A stretch of 64,000 nucleotides of DNA, from the NCBI GenBank assembly GCA_030704615.1, contig CM060734.1:53568001-53632000 (forward strand), given 5' to 3'. Shown piece after piece: positions 62,361 to 64,000 of this stretch; the stretch's first letter is position 1; the number at the start of each line of letters is the position of its first letter. The notes under the pieces are model-generated. The model made no database searches, had not been told where the DNA came from, and worked only from the letters and a program-made list of their open reading frames with translations. The position numbers and the translations under genes are program-made. The stretch is from Takakia lepidozioides. Lineage: Eukaryota; Plantae; Bryophyta.

Positions 62361-63992
62361 GAAGAATTTCCAGATGAAGATGATATCTGTCAAGATGTGT
62401 GTCTGACCATGTCATGAGGTACTTTCAAAACCAGATTTCAGGTTTTTAGCCCGGTAATGTTTGTTTTAATTTGTTCACTTGTGATTTGTGCTTGATAGTA
62501 TATGCGTGGATCAATTGTAGGTGAATTAAGGCATGAATAGTTCTTGGTGTGTGTCAATTTTCAGCTCGTGATTGGGACCAGAAGTATTGTGTTCTATAGG
62601 ATGGTTAAGCTAACAGGCTTGACCTACGCACTCGGGTACACTGCCGCACATGTGGAGGCACGTTTGGTATGAAAAGGTTATGGTGATCAGGTCTCAATAT
62701 GAGCAATTTATTGTATGGCTGTTTGGAGAGCATGGGTAGGCCAAGCACATGATGATCATGCCCTACTGCCTTCACTCTTCCATTTTTTTTTTGCAGTTGG
62801 AAAACCAACGAAAGCAACTCATTCAGGTATGTCCCTGCTGCTTGCTTATGTCTGTGTTGGTCTTAGCCTCCCTTGGTCAACGAGCCCATGAGTTCTGTAT
62901 TCTTTTGCATGATAGATTCTTTTGGTGACTTCTTTTCTCCTTCTTCTTCTGCCCGTGACAAACATGTAGCTCCTGCAACCCAAATAGGTTTTTTCCCGAA
63001 GCCTTAGTTGCACCGTTGGGCTTACTACAACTACTTATAGATCTGAGGGATCTTAATGTCTTGTGTCTTTTCCAGGGCAGCATGTTGCAAGAGAAGGTCA
63101 AATGATACAATGCTTTGATCTCGTATGTTGTTGAGATTTACTTCGCAACAATGGAAGGATGCTTTGTTGTGGGCTTGGAATTCAGATTAGGTATAGTCTT
63201 CAGCTGAGTTTGAAGCTGGGTCCACTCTCGTAGGATACGGATCTGGGTCTGCCTTCATTTGGGTTATCCATCTTCTCATTTTTCTATGAGTACATGCGAG
63301 ATGGAGCAATGTGGGCCGTGCCCCATTTTTTCTGCTGGTTGTAGTCTATACCAGTAAATTGTCTTTAGTAATTGTGTTACTTGCTTATTTTTATTGCAGT
63401 GGACTCTATGTGTTTTTGCAGCAACATACTTGACATAAGAACATTAGATTATAGTAGTATTTGTGTCCATTGACATTTTATATTGTTACGACCTACATGT
63501 TATGATGGTAGCAAGGTGGTCTTATTATGGCAGCGAGTCAGAATTGTAAAGTGAACTCCATCGTGTCCATGACTAACTAGTGGCCCTCACAACTGGTCTT
63601 TTTCTCATACACCTCATCCTACAAGGAGGCAACAAGAGGTTCTTGGAAATACTAATCAGAAGTGCTTGGTTTTATTTTCAGTTCACCAAAGTGCCTTAAG
63701 GTTCTTCTAACCGTAACCGTTTCAAGAACCGGCAGTTCTATCCGGGTTATAAAGTTTAAAATATATCCTAACCGGATTGGCTAACCGGCATATGCAAGTA
63801 GCCAAATAACCGGAACGTATCATAACCAGAAGATATGAAAAGACACTTAATAACCGGCTCCGCAGGTTCTTGAAAATCTTCAAAAAGTGATTAACCTGAA
63901 CTGGAGGTTCCTAGAAGACAGTCATGAAGAGAGAACCTGAACAGAGAACCTGAACGGGGTTATCAAAAATATTACATAACCACCCAACACTG
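60090..63992 (+). mobile_element. hAT DNA transposon, 5'-truncated, right TIR at ~63975-63992
   Basis: Transposase remnant, AACCGG subterminal repeats at 63710-63960, and an end ..cacccaacactg (reverse complement CAGTGTTG, a typical hAT terminus). Confidence 0.75.
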
Positions 63993-64000
63993 GTCGGGAC

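Noticed and set aside
62400-63700. Captured gene inside the second hAT element
   Set aside because: Short ORFs without recognisable motifs.

Overview
This is a eukaryotic, intron-containing, transposon-only window with no recognisable host gene. A streptophyte or bryophyte-type plant is likely, but that is inference. It is dominated by nested, mostly pseudogenised copies of one unusual DNA-transposon group. Each element carries a Mutator-like (MULE) DDE transposase with an N-terminal GCM-like Zn domain and a C-terminal SWIM finger. Head-to-head with it is a multi-exon gene fusing a ParB-like domain (WDGNHR) to a beta-class N4C/N6A DNA-methyltransferase-like domain. Four diverged ParB-MTase genes and five transposase genes or fragments are present. 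Different subfamilies carry different palindromes with a shared arm-CG-N4-CG-arm architecture, found in arrays and in introns. One array has about 30 copies at a 53-bp period. One element also carries a head-to-head pair of paralogous ~190-aa genes of unknown function. Two split genes rejoin exactly across ~30 kb in inverted orientation, which reconstructs two near-complete nested elements (~15.6 kb and ~11.6 kb) and implies a large inversion or mis-oriented block. Also present are a Ty3/Gypsy-like retroelement with an in-frame DNMT3-like cytosine methyltransferase and a PHD finger, two hAT elements, a truncated LINE and a CACAGCC minisatellite. Element boundaries and exon limits were read by eye and are approximate unless stated.
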